Shown: positions 18,479 through 28,568 of the stretch, piece by piece | Position numbering within the stretch: the stretch's first letter is position 1 | Layout of the letters: each line of letters begins with the position of its first letter | Virus record (IMG/VR): IMGVR_UViG_3300012981_000004 | Coordinates: 9,131-73,130 of that record | DNA: 64,000 nt | Origin: a virus | Strand: one strand, 5' to 3' | The notes under the pieces: generated by a model | Seen by the model: the letters and a program-made list of their open reading frames with translations, nothing else | Told to the model about the DNA's origin: nothing | Database searches by the model: none | Position numbers and translations under genes: made by a program

Positions 18479-19206
18479 TGGCCGAGCAAGACAAGGGGCA
18501 GATGAGCCCCAACGACACGAGCAGCCAGTTCAACGCGACGGCGTTCCAGATCAAGCAGTGGGTGCAGGCCAACGTCTCGACGATGAAGCCCGTCAAGGTC
18601 GTCGCGGTCTACGGGCCGGACGGCGGAGAACTCGACGGCTCTGCCGTGACGGCGATCGGCTACGTCGACGTGCAGCCTCTCACCAAGCAGATGAATTCTA
18701 CGGGCGAGACCATGGGGCACGGCATCATCAGCCGTGTTCCGTACGTCCGCGCGCAGGGCGGCAAGGTCGCCATCGTGATCGACCCCAAGGTCGGAGACGT
18801 CGGCCACATCGTCTGCGCCGATCGCGACATGTCGGCGGTGAAGGCCAACAGGGGAGCCGAGTCTAACCCGGGCTCGCACCGCGCGTTCGATCCTGCCGAT
18901 GGCGTGTTCCAGGGCTGCTTCACGGGCGAGGACGCCCCCGAGGCGTACATCTTCTGGAAGGAAGACCATTGGCTCATCACGCCCGATCAGGGCGAGACCT
19001 ACATCGCCATACGCCCGGGAGAGATCGTGCTGTGGGCGAAGAAGGTCATCGTGCACGGCGACGAGCTCGCGTCGTTCGACGCGTACGGCACCGGCTTCGA
19101 GTACCGTCCTGCCCAGATCGACAACTACACGGCGGGCGCCAGCACGTCGTCGCGTCCGATCAACCCCCCTGCCGTCCCCGCGGCCGAGGCGGCCGAGGAG
19201 GAGTAG
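18478..19206 (+). CDS. Baseplate spike/assembly protein V (Gp138-like)
   Basis: VDVQPL, VPYVRAQGG..IDPKVGD.G..CADRD motifs. Confidence 0.85.
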   Translation: MAEQDKGQMSPNDTSSQFNATAFQIKQWVQANVSTMKPVKVVAVYGPDGGELDGSAVTAIGYVDVQPLTKQMNSTGETMGHGIISRVPYVRAQGGKVAIVIDPKVGDVGHIVCADRDMSAVKANRGAESNPGSHRAFDPADGVFQGCFTGEDAPEAYIFWKEDHWLITPDQGETYIAIRPGEIVLWAKKVIVHGDELASFDAYGTGFEYRPAQIDNYTAGASTSSRPINPPAVPAAEAAEEE

Positions 19207-19207
19207 A

Positions 19208-19570
19208 ATGGACACGATGAAGCTCGACCCCGACACGTGGGACATCATGCTCGACGGCTCCGGCAACATGGCCCTGGAGACCGGCGCTGCCGCCCAGGCC
19301 CAGGACGCGGCGAGCGAGATCAGGCTGTTCAGGGGGGAGCTGTACTACGATACGGCGCGCGGCGTGCCGTATTGGCAACAGATACTCGGCTACATCCCGC
19401 GCGTATCGCTCATCAAGGCGAAATACACGGACGCGGCCAGGCTCGTGCCCGGAGTGGTGAGAGCAACCTGTCAAATCGCGTCTGTTAATGACAGGCACGT
19501 CGTGGGAACAGTCTACATCGCCAACGAGGAGGGCCAGACGCGGATCGAACGTTTCCTGGCGATCGCCTAG
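19208..19570 (+). CDS. Baseplate wedge protein (gp46/W-like)
   Basis: LDPDTWDI..GNMAL, IRLFRGELYYDTARGVPYW. Confidence 0.8.
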   Translation: MDTMKLDPDTWDIMLDGSGNMALETGAAAQAQDAASEIRLFRGELYYDTARGVPYWQQILGYIPRVSLIKAKYTDAARLVPGVVRATCQIASVNDRHVVGTVYIANEEGQTRIERFLAIA

Positions 19571-19571
19571 C

Positions 19572-21437
19572 ATGGCGAGCAACGTTCCACGTCCGACGCT
19601 GACGGCGACGGGCTACCAGTCTCCCACCGAGCTGGAAATCCTCGCCGGCGTCCAGGCTGATATGAACGCAGCCTTCGTCACGACGCTGAACTTCGGCACG
19701 GTGACGAACCCCACGCCGCAGGGCCAGCTCGCCGCGTCGTGGGCCGCAATCATCGGCGCCTGCTACGACTCGTTCTGTCTCCTGGCGAACAGCAACGATC
19801 CGGCGTACGCCTTCGGCCGCTACCAGGATGCCATCGCGCGCATTTACTTCCTGCAACGTGATCCTGGCGAGAGCACCGTGGCCGACTGCGTCTGCGTCGG
19901 CCTCGCGGGCACCGTTATCCCGTTCGGCACGCTCGCGCAGACACGAGAGGGTGTCAAGTACTTCGCCACGACGACATCGACGATACCTGCGAGCGGCAGA
20001 GTCACGATACCATTCGCCGGCCAGACCACTGGCCCCGTGCCATGCCCCGCCGACACGGTAAACGTCATCTTCCAGAACATACCGGGCTGGGACAGCATCA
20101 ACAATCCCGAGGCTGGCGTGCTGGGCTCTGACCCTGAGACGCGCGCCAAGTTCGAGGAGCGCCGCGAGGAGTCGGTCGCGCTCAACTCCCGCAACACAGA
20201 CCAGGCCGCGCACGGCTCAGTCAACGACGTGGCTGGCGTGCTCGACGCCTACGTGATCGACAACTACAACTCTTACGACGTGGCCGTTACGCCGGAAGCC
20301 GTCATCGAGGGCGACATCACTGGCACCACGCTGACGGTAAACGAGGTACGCTCGGGAACCATCAAGGTCGGCCAGACCATCACAGGCTCGAACAACACGG
20401 GCATATCGGTCGAGTCCGGCACGACGATCGTCTCGGAGACCACGCCAAACGAGGAGTACGAGGTCAGCGTCTCGCAGACGGTCGCCGTGACCACGCTCAA
20501 CCTTGGCGGCGTCGTGCTGGGGGCGAACTGCCTCTACGCCGCGGTCGTGGGAGGAGACGCCGACGACATCGCGCAGGCTCTCTGGAGCAAGAAGTCTCCG
20601 GGCTGCGCCTGGTTCGACGGCAACACGACCGCCACGGTCTACGACGACAGCGAGCCGTACCCGCCGCCAGGCATCGCGTACGAGGTCAAGTGGGAGACCC
20701 CGTCGGCGCTGCCGTTCGCCTTCAAGGTGACGCTGGTCGACAACCCGGCCATACCCGCCAACGCGGAGACGCTGATCGATGGTGCCCTCATCGACGCGTT
20801 CGCCGGCAACATCGACGGAATACCCCGCGCGCGCATAGGCTTCAAGGTGCTGTCGTCGCAGTACATACCGGCCATCACCGCGCTTGGCACCTGGGCGCAG
20901 GTGGCGAGCCTCCTGATGGGCACGAAGAACTCGGCGGAGGCCGAGGCGACGGCCGCGTTCGGGGCATCGTTCACGGGGTCCGCCTCGGGCACGACGCTCA
21001 CGGCGTCGTCGGTGATCGGCTTCATCTCCGTCGGCGATACCATCGTGGGCTCCGGCATGCCCGCTGGTACGACGATCGTGGCGTACGGCAGCGGGACCGG
21101 CGGAGCCGGAACGTACACGCTCAGCCAGGCCGCTACCTCAAGCTCCGCGTCGCTGACGGCGCAGTCTAATGTCATGGTGGTTAGCGCCGTCGCCTCAGGC
21201 GTGCTGGCCGTCGACCAATACGTCTTCGATGCCGCGGCCAACGTCGCTGAAGGCACGCGCATCGTGTCGCAGGTCTCGGGCACGCCAGGCGGCGCGGGGC
21301 ACTACGTCACCACGCAGACGCAGCGTCTGGCCTCGCAGGCCGTCCTCCTGGTCGTACCGAACCTCGCCGTCGTCCAGGTGAGGATCGACCAGGTGCCGAC
21401 CACCGACGATAATTTGATCCAAGTGGAGATCGTGTGA
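19572..21437 (+). CDS. Baseplate J-like protein with three beta-module inserts
   Basis: TPQGQLA, GRYQDAIARIYFLQR, GWDSINN, ETRAKFEERR. Confidence 0.9.
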   Translation: MASNVPRPTLTATGYQSPTELEILAGVQADMNAAFVTTLNFGTVTNPTPQGQLAASWAAIIGACYDSFCLLANSNDPAYAFGRYQDAIARIYFLQRDPGESTVADCVCVGLAGTVIPFGTLAQTREGVKYFATTTSTIPASGRVTIPFAGQTTGPVPCPADTVNVIFQNIPGWDSINNPEAGVLGSDPETRAKFEERREESVALNSRNTDQAAHGSVNDVAGVLDAYVIDNYNSYDVAVTPEAVIEGDITGTTLTVNEVRSGTIKVGQTITGSNNTGISVESGTTIVSETTPNEEYEVSVSQTVAVTTLNLGGVVLGANCLYAAVVGGDADDIAQALWSKKSPGCAWFDGNTTATVYDDSEPYPPPGIAYEVKWETPSALPFAFKVTLVDNPAIPANAETLIDGALIDAFAGNIDGIPRARIGFKVLSSQYIPAITALGTWAQVASLLMGTKNSAEAEATAAFGASFTGSASGTTLTASSVIGFISVGDTIVGSGMPAGTTIVAYGSGTGGAGTYTLSQAATSSSASLTAQSNVMVVSAVASGVLAVDQYVFDAAANVAEGTRIVSQVSGTPGGAGHYVTTQTQRLASQAVLLVVPNLAVVQVRIDQVPTTDDNLIQVEIV

Positions 21438-23740
21438 TGAAGAAGCTGCTTCGTAAGCTCGTCGCCGCCCTGGCGTGCCTCCCCCTGTTCACCGCTCAGG
21501 TCGTAGGCCAGGGGGCGCCGACAGGCGTGGGCCCGTTCTACCAGCCAAACTGGTACAAGGGCTACGTGCCGACGGCTCTCGAATGGCAGATGCTTTGGTC
21601 CAACAAGGTCGGATACTATTCGACCGGCATCCCCGTGCAGTACGGCGGTACTGGTGCCACGACCGCGGCAGGGGCCAGGACTAGCCTCGGCGTCGTGGGC
21701 TCAGCTCTCCCATCAGGCCAAATCTATGTGGGCTCGGCGGGAGGGGTGGCGACGGCTGTGACACCTTCCGGCGACGTCAGCATGTCGAACGTCGGCAACT
21801 TCACCGTCGTCGACCTGGCGGGCGTTACCAACGCGTCGCTGGCCAACAGCGGCCTGGTGAACTCTGCGACCACGGTGAACGGACAGACCTGCACGCTGGG
21901 CGCATCATGCACGGTGACGGCGGCGGCAACCGGCGTCACGGTCGGGTCCACAACGATCACGGGCGGCACGTCGGGGCGCGTTCTTTACGACAACGCAGGC
22001 GTGCTCGGCGAGATGACGACGAGCGGCACGGGCACCCAGCTCGCGCTCACTAACTCACCGACCTTCACGACGCCCGTGCTTGGCGCCGCGACCGGCACGT
22101 CGCTTTCCCTCTCGGGCGCGTTGTCCACATCTTCAACGGCTACGAACGCGATTGCCGTGAATGCTGCGGCAGCAACCGTCCGCTCGATGGGTATCAATAC
22201 GGCAGGCAGCACCCGTTGGACCTGGGGCGGTAATGCGACGGCCGAGAGCGGCGCCAACGCGGGCTCAGACTTCTTCCTTAATGCGCATAGCGATGCGGGC
22301 GCCTATATGTTGACGCCGATCATCGTCACGCGCTCCTCAGGTCTCGTCACGCTTGGCGCCTCGGGTGCCGTCGTCGGCCCCTCGCTGACGGTCGGCACGG
22401 GTGCCGGAACGGGAAAGGTGCAGCTCGTTCAACCGGCCTCTGCTACGCAATCCGGATACGTTGCGTTTCTTCAGGCCAACAATAATCGTATCGGCTATAT
22501 CGGTTTCGGCAACACGTCGATCCAGTACGTCGCAGAGCTTGCCTCATCGTTCCATCAGTGGTTTGGACCGGGCGGTGGGTCATGGATGACGCTGAATGGT
22601 TCTTCGACCAGCGCCACGTTACAGCTCGGCACGGCGACTGAAATCGGTATTGTACAGCTTGATACTAACGGTGATATGTACATTCGTTCGCAGAAGGCTT
22701 CGCGCTTTACCTATATCGGCGCGGCAGGAGCGAACATTGCTTTGGCCGGATCGACCGGTTTCGTTGCCGCCGTCGATAATACGCTCGTGCTCGGGAACGC
22801 CAGCAATCGGTGGAACGCGCTGCGTATTGGTACCGGCACGTCCCAGATTGATGGCACGCTCACGCTTGGCGGCGCCCTCACTTATGGCGGTGTGACGTTA
22901 TCCAACGCCGTCACCGGCACCGGCAGCATGGTCCTCGCGACCAGCCCAACGTTGACGACGCCAAACATTGGTGCTGCGACCGGAACGTCTCTCGCGACGA
23001 CGGCGGCACTCACGGCCTATTCAGGAACCGCGATCCCTGCCGGCGGTACGGCAGGTTCCGGCCTCAAGGTATCGAGCACGGCGAACTTCGGCGTGTTCTT
23101 CGGCTCAGGTGCGCCGACGCTGTCGGCCGCGCAAGGTTCGGTCTATCTCAGTTCCTCGGGGGCTCCGTACTACAACAACAACGGCACGACCGGCTGGACG
23201 CAGTTCGCGTCCTCCGTCGACGGCGTCCCCGTCGGCTCGTGCTACGCCTACGGCGGCTCATCCATACCGAGCGGCTGGGTGCAGTCCTACGGACAGGCCA
23301 TCTCCCGCACGACATTCGCCGCCGCCTTCGCCGTCTTCGGCACGACCTACGGCAGCGGCGACGGCAGCACCACGTTCAACATGCCGGACCTCCGCGGTCG
23401 CGCCGTGTTCGGCGACGACAGAAACGGCGGCTCCGCCGCCAATCGCCTCGGCGGCAACTCGTCCACCGGGGGCATCTCCGGAACCGCTTCCGCCGGCACT
23501 GCAGGAGGAGAGCAGACGCACGTGCAGACCCTAGCCGAGATGGCGAACCACAATCACACCGCGACCGGCCTGCTCGGCCAGGTCAAGACCGAGTACATCA
23601 CGCCGCGCGGCGTTGGGTGGGGTGACGGCACGAACGCAGGCTATCACCAGGACATATCCGTAGCCGCGGCTGGCAGCAGCTCTGCGTTCAACATTACGCC
23701 TCCTGCGCTCGTCATGAACTACATCTGCAAGGTGCAATGA
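21434..23740 (+). CDS. Tail fibre with C-terminal tail-collar domain and signal-peptide-like start
   Basis: GGTGATTAAGARTSLG and collar motif VPVGS..GW..YGQAISRTTF..FGTTYGSGDGSTTFNMPDLRGR. Confidence 0.8.
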   Translation: MMKKLLRKLVAALACLPLFTAQVVGQGAPTGVGPFYQPNWYKGYVPTALEWQMLWSNKVGYYSTGIPVQYGGTGATTAAGARTSLGVVGSALPSGQIYVGSAGGVATAVTPSGDVSMSNVGNFTVVDLAGVTNASLANSGLVNSATTVNGQTCTLGASCTVTAAATGVTVGSTTITGGTSGRVLYDNAGVLGEMTTSGTGTQLALTNSPTFTTPVLGAATGTSLSLSGALSTSSTATNAIAVNAAAATVRSMGINTAGSTRWTWGGNATAESGANAGSDFFLNAHSDAGAYMLTPIIVTRSSGLVTLGASGAVVGPSLTVGTGAGTGKVQLVQPASATQSGYVAFLQANNNRIGYIGFGNTSIQYVAELASSFHQWFGPGGGSWMTLNGSSTSATLQLGTATEIGIVQLDTNGDMYIRSQKASRFTYIGAAGANIALAGSTGFVAAVDNTLVLGNASNRWNALRIGTGTSQIDGTLTLGGALTYGGVTLSNAVTGTGSMVLATSPTLTTPNIGAATGTSLATTAALTAYSGTAIPAGGTAGSGLKVSSTANFGVFFGSGAPTLSAAQGSVYLSSSGAPYYNNNGTTGWTQFASSVDGVPVGSCYAYGGSSIPSGWVQSYGQAISRTTFAAAFAVFGTTYGSGDGSTTFNMPDLRGRAVFGDDRNGGSAANRLGGNSSTGGISGTASAGTAGGEQTHVQTLAEMANHNHTATGLLGQVKTEYITPRGVGWGDGTNAGYHQDISVAAAGSSSAFNITPPALVMNYICKVQ

Positions 23741-24825
23741 TGAAAAAGCTATCGACCCTATTCGCAGCGCTGGTTTTCTGGACGAACCCCGCTTTCGCGG
23801 AGATCGTCGTCGGCTGGATGGGACAGTCCCTCTGCGAGGGCATGTTCTCTGACAACGGCGTGTACGTCGCCCCTTCGCCGTACACGTACCAATGGAACCC
23901 GAGCACCGGGAGCTGGGGCACCGTATCGGGTTCGGGCGCCAGGGAATACGCGAACATGATGTTCGCGCAGACCGGCCAGCCCATCTATATGATTTCCGGC
24001 TGTGTCGGTGGCACGACGATCGCGCAGTGGACAGACACGACACCAGGCTCCGTGCTCATGAACTTTATGAGCCAAGTCTCGGCCTCAGGCAAAATCCCGA
24101 ACATCGTACAGTGGAACCAGGGCCAGGCCGAGTATGGAATGCCGCAGGACGTCTCGACGTACTATTACTATTACGGCAAGATTTCCTGGCTCTATCCGTA
24201 CCTGCTTTCCTCGTGGGGACGTACCTCGGCGCAGGTGCCGTTCAACGTCTGGATTTCAGGTCGTGCAAGCTACGGCTCGTCTCAGTTCGTCAACGCGGCA
24301 CAGCTCTATTACGCTTCCAACGCGCCAGGCGCTCGTCTAGGAACCGCGTACTACGACCTCACATACGTCGATGGTACTCACGTCAATGCAGCCTCTTACC
24401 AGGTAATGGGCGATCGCCAGGCGCGCATTGACCTCAAGGGTCTTGGCGTGTCCGGCTTCTACTGCTCAGTGACACCGCGTATCCTCGGCGGTTGGCGCGT
24501 GACGAACCAGCTCATCGAGGTCATCACCGACTCACCCTGCGGCCTCCACACTCATTCATGGGTCAGCTCTCTGACGGGATGGGAAGTGTTCAACGCGGAT
24601 TACAGTTGGTATGTGCCAATCTCCGCCGTGTGGCTCGGAGGCTCCGCTTGGGGCACCAGCATTTTCATTCAGACGGCGGCAGCCACAGCGTCGAACCTCC
24701 ACGTTTATTTCTGGAGAACGCAGTACCTCGACCCGAGCGCGCCCAGCTTCGCGAATGACGTGTCGCTCGGCGTCAATGGGAACTCGGCTGCCCCCCTGCC
24801 GTTCGGCTTCCAAACGCCGAACTGA
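23737..24825 (+). CDS. SGNH/SASA-type carbohydrate acetylesterase
   Basis: GQS nucleophile motif, VGGT, WNQGQAE, DGTH; N-terminal signal peptide ending AFA-E. Confidence 0.65.
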   Translation: MMKKLSTLFAALVFWTNPAFAEIVVGWMGQSLCEGMFSDNGVYVAPSPYTYQWNPSTGSWGTVSGSGAREYANMMFAQTGQPIYMISGCVGGTTIAQWTDTTPGSVLMNFMSQVSASGKIPNIVQWNQGQAEYGMPQDVSTYYYYYGKISWLYPYLLSSWGRTSAQVPFNVWISGRASYGSSQFVNAAQLYYASNAPGARLGTAYYDLTYVDGTHVNAASYQVMGDRQARIDLKGLGVSGFYCSVTPRILGGWRVTNQLIEVITDSPCGLHTHSWVSSLTGWEVFNADYSWYVPISAVWLGGSAWGTSIFIQTAAATASNLHVYFWRTQYLDPSAPSFANDVSLGVNGNSAAPLPFGFQTPN

Positions 24826-24837
24826 AAGGGCGCGACG

Positions 24838-25479
24838 TTGGACTACTTCCCCGCTCCGTCTGGCTCTGGCTCGCCTTACTCGCCTGTCGGGCAGCTCGTC
24901 ATCGGCGGCCTGCCGTTCCCGTGGCAGCGTACGATCGTCAGCCAGTACGCCAACAGCCCCAAGCTGCTCGGCCTGGTTGCGCCGTTCGCCGACGCGCTCG
25001 ACGCCAGCGTTCTCCTGGACGACTTCTACGACAACTTCTGGAACGTGCAGACCGCGGTGGGCTACGGGCTCGACGTGTGGGGCAGGATCGTGGGCGTCGG
25101 CCGCGTGCTGGAGATCACGGCCGATCGCTACTTCGGCTTCGAGGAGGGCGGCTCGATCGACTACGATCCGTTCAACCAGGCGCCGTTCTACTCGGGCCAG
25201 CCGCTCACGGGCGCCTTCCGCCTGGACGACGACCCGTTCCGCCGCCTGATCTACGCCAAGGCCGCGTCCAACATCTGGGACGGTTCGATAGGGGGAGCCA
25301 ACGTCATCCTCCGCATGCTGTTCCCGGGCCGGGTCGCCTACGTCGTCGACAACCAAAACATGACCATGACGTACCGCTTCCTGTGGCAGCTCTCCGCGGT
25401 GGAGGCCGCCATCGCGATCACGTCGGGCATCCTGCCCAGGCCGTCGGGCGTCAAGGTGAGCTACGAGCAGGTGCCATGA
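24838..25479 (+). CDS. Baseplate wedge/tail protein (DUF2612-like)
   Basis: SQYANSPKL, TAVGYGLDVWGRIVGVGR, YAKAASNI, LPRPSGV. Confidence 0.9.
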   Translation: MDYFPAPSGSGSPYSPVGQLVIGGLPFPWQRTIVSQYANSPKLLGLVAPFADALDASVLLDDFYDNFWNVQTAVGYGLDVWGRIVGVGRVLEITADRYFGFEEGGSIDYDPFNQAPFYSGQPLTGAFRLDDDPFRRLIYAKAASNIWDGSIGGANVILRMLFPGRVAYVVDNQNMTMTYRFLWQLSAVEAAIAITSGILPRPSGVKVSYEQVP

Positions 25480-26885
25480 AGTTCTCCGACATCCCCACCA
25501 AGATCGAGACGGCGTTCGCGCGCGACGCGGGCGTCGACTACAGGGCCACCATACCGGAGAGCACGGCCGACTTCGGCCGCGCCTCGTGGGTAGCCGGCTT
25601 CCCCCCTGCCACCTTCCAGCCGATCGGGGCAGGGGGGACGCCGCCGTGGGGCGCCGACATGAACGGAGTGCTGTACGCGTCGACCATCTGGCTCAACTGG
25701 CTGAACGCCGGCGCGCCCGTGGCGTACGATGCCGCCTTCGCGTCGGAGATCGGAGGCTACCCGTCCGGAGCCACGCTCATCGCGGACAACGGCTACGGTT
25801 GGTGGTTCTCCGTCGCCGACGACAACGCCGCGGACCCGGACGCGGGCGGCGCCGGCTGGCTGCTCGTCCCCGTCGAGCGCGTCTACGCGGGCAACCCCAA
25901 CGGCCGTGTGCCGGGCTACGCGCCGCAGTCCAACACGGCGAACGCGCTCAGGCCTCCGTCAATCTGCTGGGATGATACCAACCGGGTCTTCTGGCGCTGC
26001 TCGACGACGGGCAACGCCGCGAGCGCCGTCTGGCAGCCGATCACCAACCTCATGCCGACGGGCGCCACGCTCACCGGCAACAGCAAGAGCTACACCGTGG
26101 CTGACAACGGGTGCGTCAGGGTCCGCTCCAACTCCGGCGCGGCCATGTCGGACTCTATGCCGACGGCGTCCGGCGTGGACGACGGTTGGCACTGCACGTT
26201 CGTCAACGCCGACGCGACGGCCAGCCTCACGCTCAACTTCCCGTCCGGAACGTCGCTCAACGGCGTCGCCGGCCCCACGACCCAGGCTCTCACCCCCGGC
26301 CAGACGGTCGGCATCGTGTCGGCGGGCTCGGGCGTCTACTGGAAATTCTTCGTGCCGTTCACGCCGCAGGCCGCGGCGGGCTCCGAGGGTGAGGTCCAGT
26401 ACAATGGCTCAGGAGTGCTCGCCGCTACTCCGAACGTCAAATGGAACGCGGCGCAAAACAGATTAGAGCTGGTAAAGCTCCTCGTCACGAGCGACGCGAC
26501 GATCGTCGGAGACCTCGCCGTCGACGATATCACGGCAGATCAGATAGGCGCGACCAACTACCAGGGGTTCTGGTACGGCTATCCCCCCGCATACCTCAAC
26601 GTCGCCGGCACGACGTCCCACTTCTGGACACCTCCCGGCTTCACAATGGTCATCGGCCAGGGCCTGAACATATCGCCTAACGACCAGGTGACGATCCCCC
26701 TCGGGACCACGTTCGACCAGGGCACCTTCGGCGCCACGTTCTCGTTCGTCAGCAACACGAACGGCCTCACGCAGAACGGTCCGAGTTGGATCACGGCCAA
26801 CAACACCAGCGTCACCTTCAGGAATAACACGTCGGGCTTTGTCGACATCGTTTTCTTCGCGGCCGGACGTAGGACGCCGTCATGA
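25476..26885 (+). CDS. Tail fibre protein
   Basis: RAS..GFPP.TF.PIGAGG.PP.GADMNGVL and IGGYPSGA N-terminal attachment motifs; follows DUF2612. Confidence 0.85.
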   Translation: MKFSDIPTKIETAFARDAGVDYRATIPESTADFGRASWVAGFPPATFQPIGAGGTPPWGADMNGVLYASTIWLNWLNAGAPVAYDAAFASEIGGYPSGATLIADNGYGWWFSVADDNAADPDAGGAGWLLVPVERVYAGNPNGRVPGYAPQSNTANALRPPSICWDDTNRVFWRCSTTGNAASAVWQPITNLMPTGATLTGNSKSYTVADNGCVRVRSNSGAAMSDSMPTASGVDDGWHCTFVNADATASLTLNFPSGTSLNGVAGPTTQALTPGQTVGIVSAGSGVYWKFFVPFTPQAAAGSEGEVQYNGSGVLAATPNVKWNAAQNRLELVKLLVTSDATIVGDLAVDDITADQIGATNYQGFWYGYPPAYLNVAGTTSHFWTPPGFTMVIGQGLNISPNDQVTIPLGTTFDQGTFGATFSFVSNTNGLTQNGPSWITANNTSVTFRNNTSGFVDIVFFAAGRRTPS

Positions 26886-27274
26886 CGCGCGACAAGGAGA
26901 CTGCTAACGGCGAGAGCGGCCTCACCAAGTTCGGCAAGAACGAAGGTGTTCTGCTGTCGTGGCGCACCCTCGTCCTGCTGCTGTGCGCCGGCGGCACAGG
27001 CGGCATCTGGAACGCCAACGGGGACCTCCGAGACATCAAGCGCGAGCTGGCGGACCAGCGCCGCGAGTTCGCCGCGTTCAAGGATCAGCAGAGCCAGAAC
27101 AGGCTCACCGACGCCAAGGAGCTGGGAGATTTGCGAGGCCGCGTAGGCGGCATCGAGGGCACGGTGGAAGTGCACAGGAGCAGGATCAGGGGTCTGGAGG
27201 ACGACGTAAGAGGTTTCTGGACGCGCCTCCTGGAGGTGGCGGGTCAACAGCAGCAGCCGAGGGGGCCGAGATGA
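26882..27274 (+). CDS. Single-TM coiled-coil protein (lysis-associated)
   Basis: TM segment TLVLLLCAGGTGGIW followed by heptad repeats; precedes the endolysin. Confidence 0.55.
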   Translation: MTRDKETANGESGLTKFGKNEGVLLSWRTLVLLLCAGGTGGIWNANGDLRDIKRELADQRREFAAFKDQQSQNRLTDAKELGDLRGRVGGIEGTVEVHRSRIRGLEDDVRGFWTRLLEVAGQQQQPRGPR

Positions 27275-28071
27275 TAGTAGACAGAGGGATGTTCTTCGAG
27301 AGGGCGCTGCCGATCTTCGGCGGCCACATGACGGAGGAGCAGGTGTCGGGCTGCGAGGCCGACCTGGCGCGCTACGACAAGGACGCGCCGTTCGACCTCG
27401 ACGCCCTGGCGTACCTGCTCGCCACAGACAAGTGGGAGAGCTGGCACACGATGCAGCCCATCCGCGAGACCAAAGCCAAGACCGACGCCGAGGCCCGCCG
27501 CAACCTGGCGGGCGTGTGGTACGCCCAGGTCGATCCGGTCACGGGCTGGAGCTACTACGGCAGGGGGAAGCCCCAGACCACCCACAAGCGCAACTACGCC
27601 AAGATGACCAAGGCGCTGCCGCAGTTCGGCGTCGACTTCGTGGTCGAGCCCGAGGCCATGCTGAGGATGGACGTGGCGACGGAGTGCATCTTCGTCGGCA
27701 TGCGCGACGGCCTGTTCACCGGCGCGGGCCTCCCCCTGTACTTCGGGCCTGGCAAGGCTCCTGGCTATGTCGCCGCACGGGCCATAGTCAACGGCACCGA
27801 CCACGCGGGCGACATCGCCACCATCGCCCTCGACTTCAGGTACGCGTTGGGCGGCGCCCGGCCGGTGCGCATCCTGCAGGAGGGCCTGGTAGACAGCCCG
27901 GAGGTCGAGGCCCTGCAGCGTGCCCTCAGGTCGATGGGCTTCGCCGTGGGGGCCGTCGATGGCGACTTCGGGCCGGCCACCAGGCTGGCGGTGCAGGACT
28001 TTCAGCGCGCGCACGGTCTCGACCCCGACGGCGTCGTCGGCCCTCAGACGCGCGCACGTCTCAACATCTGA
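27271..28071 (+). CDS. Endolysin (GH19-like lysozyme plus C-terminal peptidoglycan-binding domain)
   Basis: AYLLAT..ES..MQPIRE, YYGRG..Q.T..NY; VEALQRAL..GF..GAVDGDFGPAT..FQ..GL.PDGVVGPQT. Confidence 0.88.
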   Translation: MIVDRGMFFERALPIFGGHMTEEQVSGCEADLARYDKDAPFDLDALAYLLATDKWESWHTMQPIRETKAKTDAEARRNLAGVWYAQVDPVTGWSYYGRGKPQTTHKRNYAKMTKALPQFGVDFVVEPEAMLRMDVATECIFVGMRDGLFTGAGLPLYFGPGKAPGYVAARAIVNGTDHAGDIATIALDFRYALGGARPVRILQEGLVDSPEVEALQRALRSMGFAVGAVDGDFGPATRLAVQDFQRAHGLDPDGVVGPQTRARLNI

Positions 28072-28086
28072 AGGAGGAACGGGAAA

Positions 28087-28551
28087 GTGCAGAAGGTCTC
28101 TACGCAGGCTACCCTGGTCGCCTTGCTCGCGGCGTCCGGCCCCGTTGCCAAGGGTCTGGCGAAATGGATGGGCTACGATCAGGGCACCATCGACATCATC
28201 CTGCAGTTCGCGCAGATTGCCACGCCGCTCGCCGCCGGCCTGCTTATGCTGGCGTTCAACACAGTCACGTCGAAGATCGCCAGCATTCTGGCATCGTCGC
28301 CGGAGGTGCAGAAGCGTATGGCCGCGGCGCTGCCCACGCAGGTCGTGGCGCAGGCCGTATCCGAGCAGGCCGTCTCGCGGCAGACGGAGGTGGCGCACGC
28401 TCTCGCCAACGAGGCGGTCATCTCCGCGACCGCGGCCATCCCCGAGGTGGCCAAGGTCGTGGTGAAGGACGGCGCGCAGAACGGCGCTGGCAAGCTGGCG
28501 GCGTCCGCGGACCCGTCCGTCGCCAAGGTCGACTTCGAGAAGAACCAGTGA
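28087..28551 (+). CDS. Holin-like membrane protein
   Basis: Two hydrophobic segments near the N-terminus; follows the endolysin. Confidence 0.5.
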   Translation: MQKVSTQATLVALLAASGPVAKGLAKWMGYDQGTIDIILQFAQIATPLAAGLLMLAFNTVTSKIASILASSPEVQKRMAAALPTQVVAQAVSEQAVSRQTEVAHALANEAVISATAAIPEVAKVVVKDGAQNGAGKLAASADPSVAKVDFEKNQ

Positions 28552-28568
28552 AAGGAAAGAGAGGGACG

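Noticed and set aside
21434-26885. Diversity-generating retroelement or invertible tail-fibre switch
   Set aside because: No reverse transcriptase, invertase, adenine-specific repeat pair or inverted crossover sites were seen.
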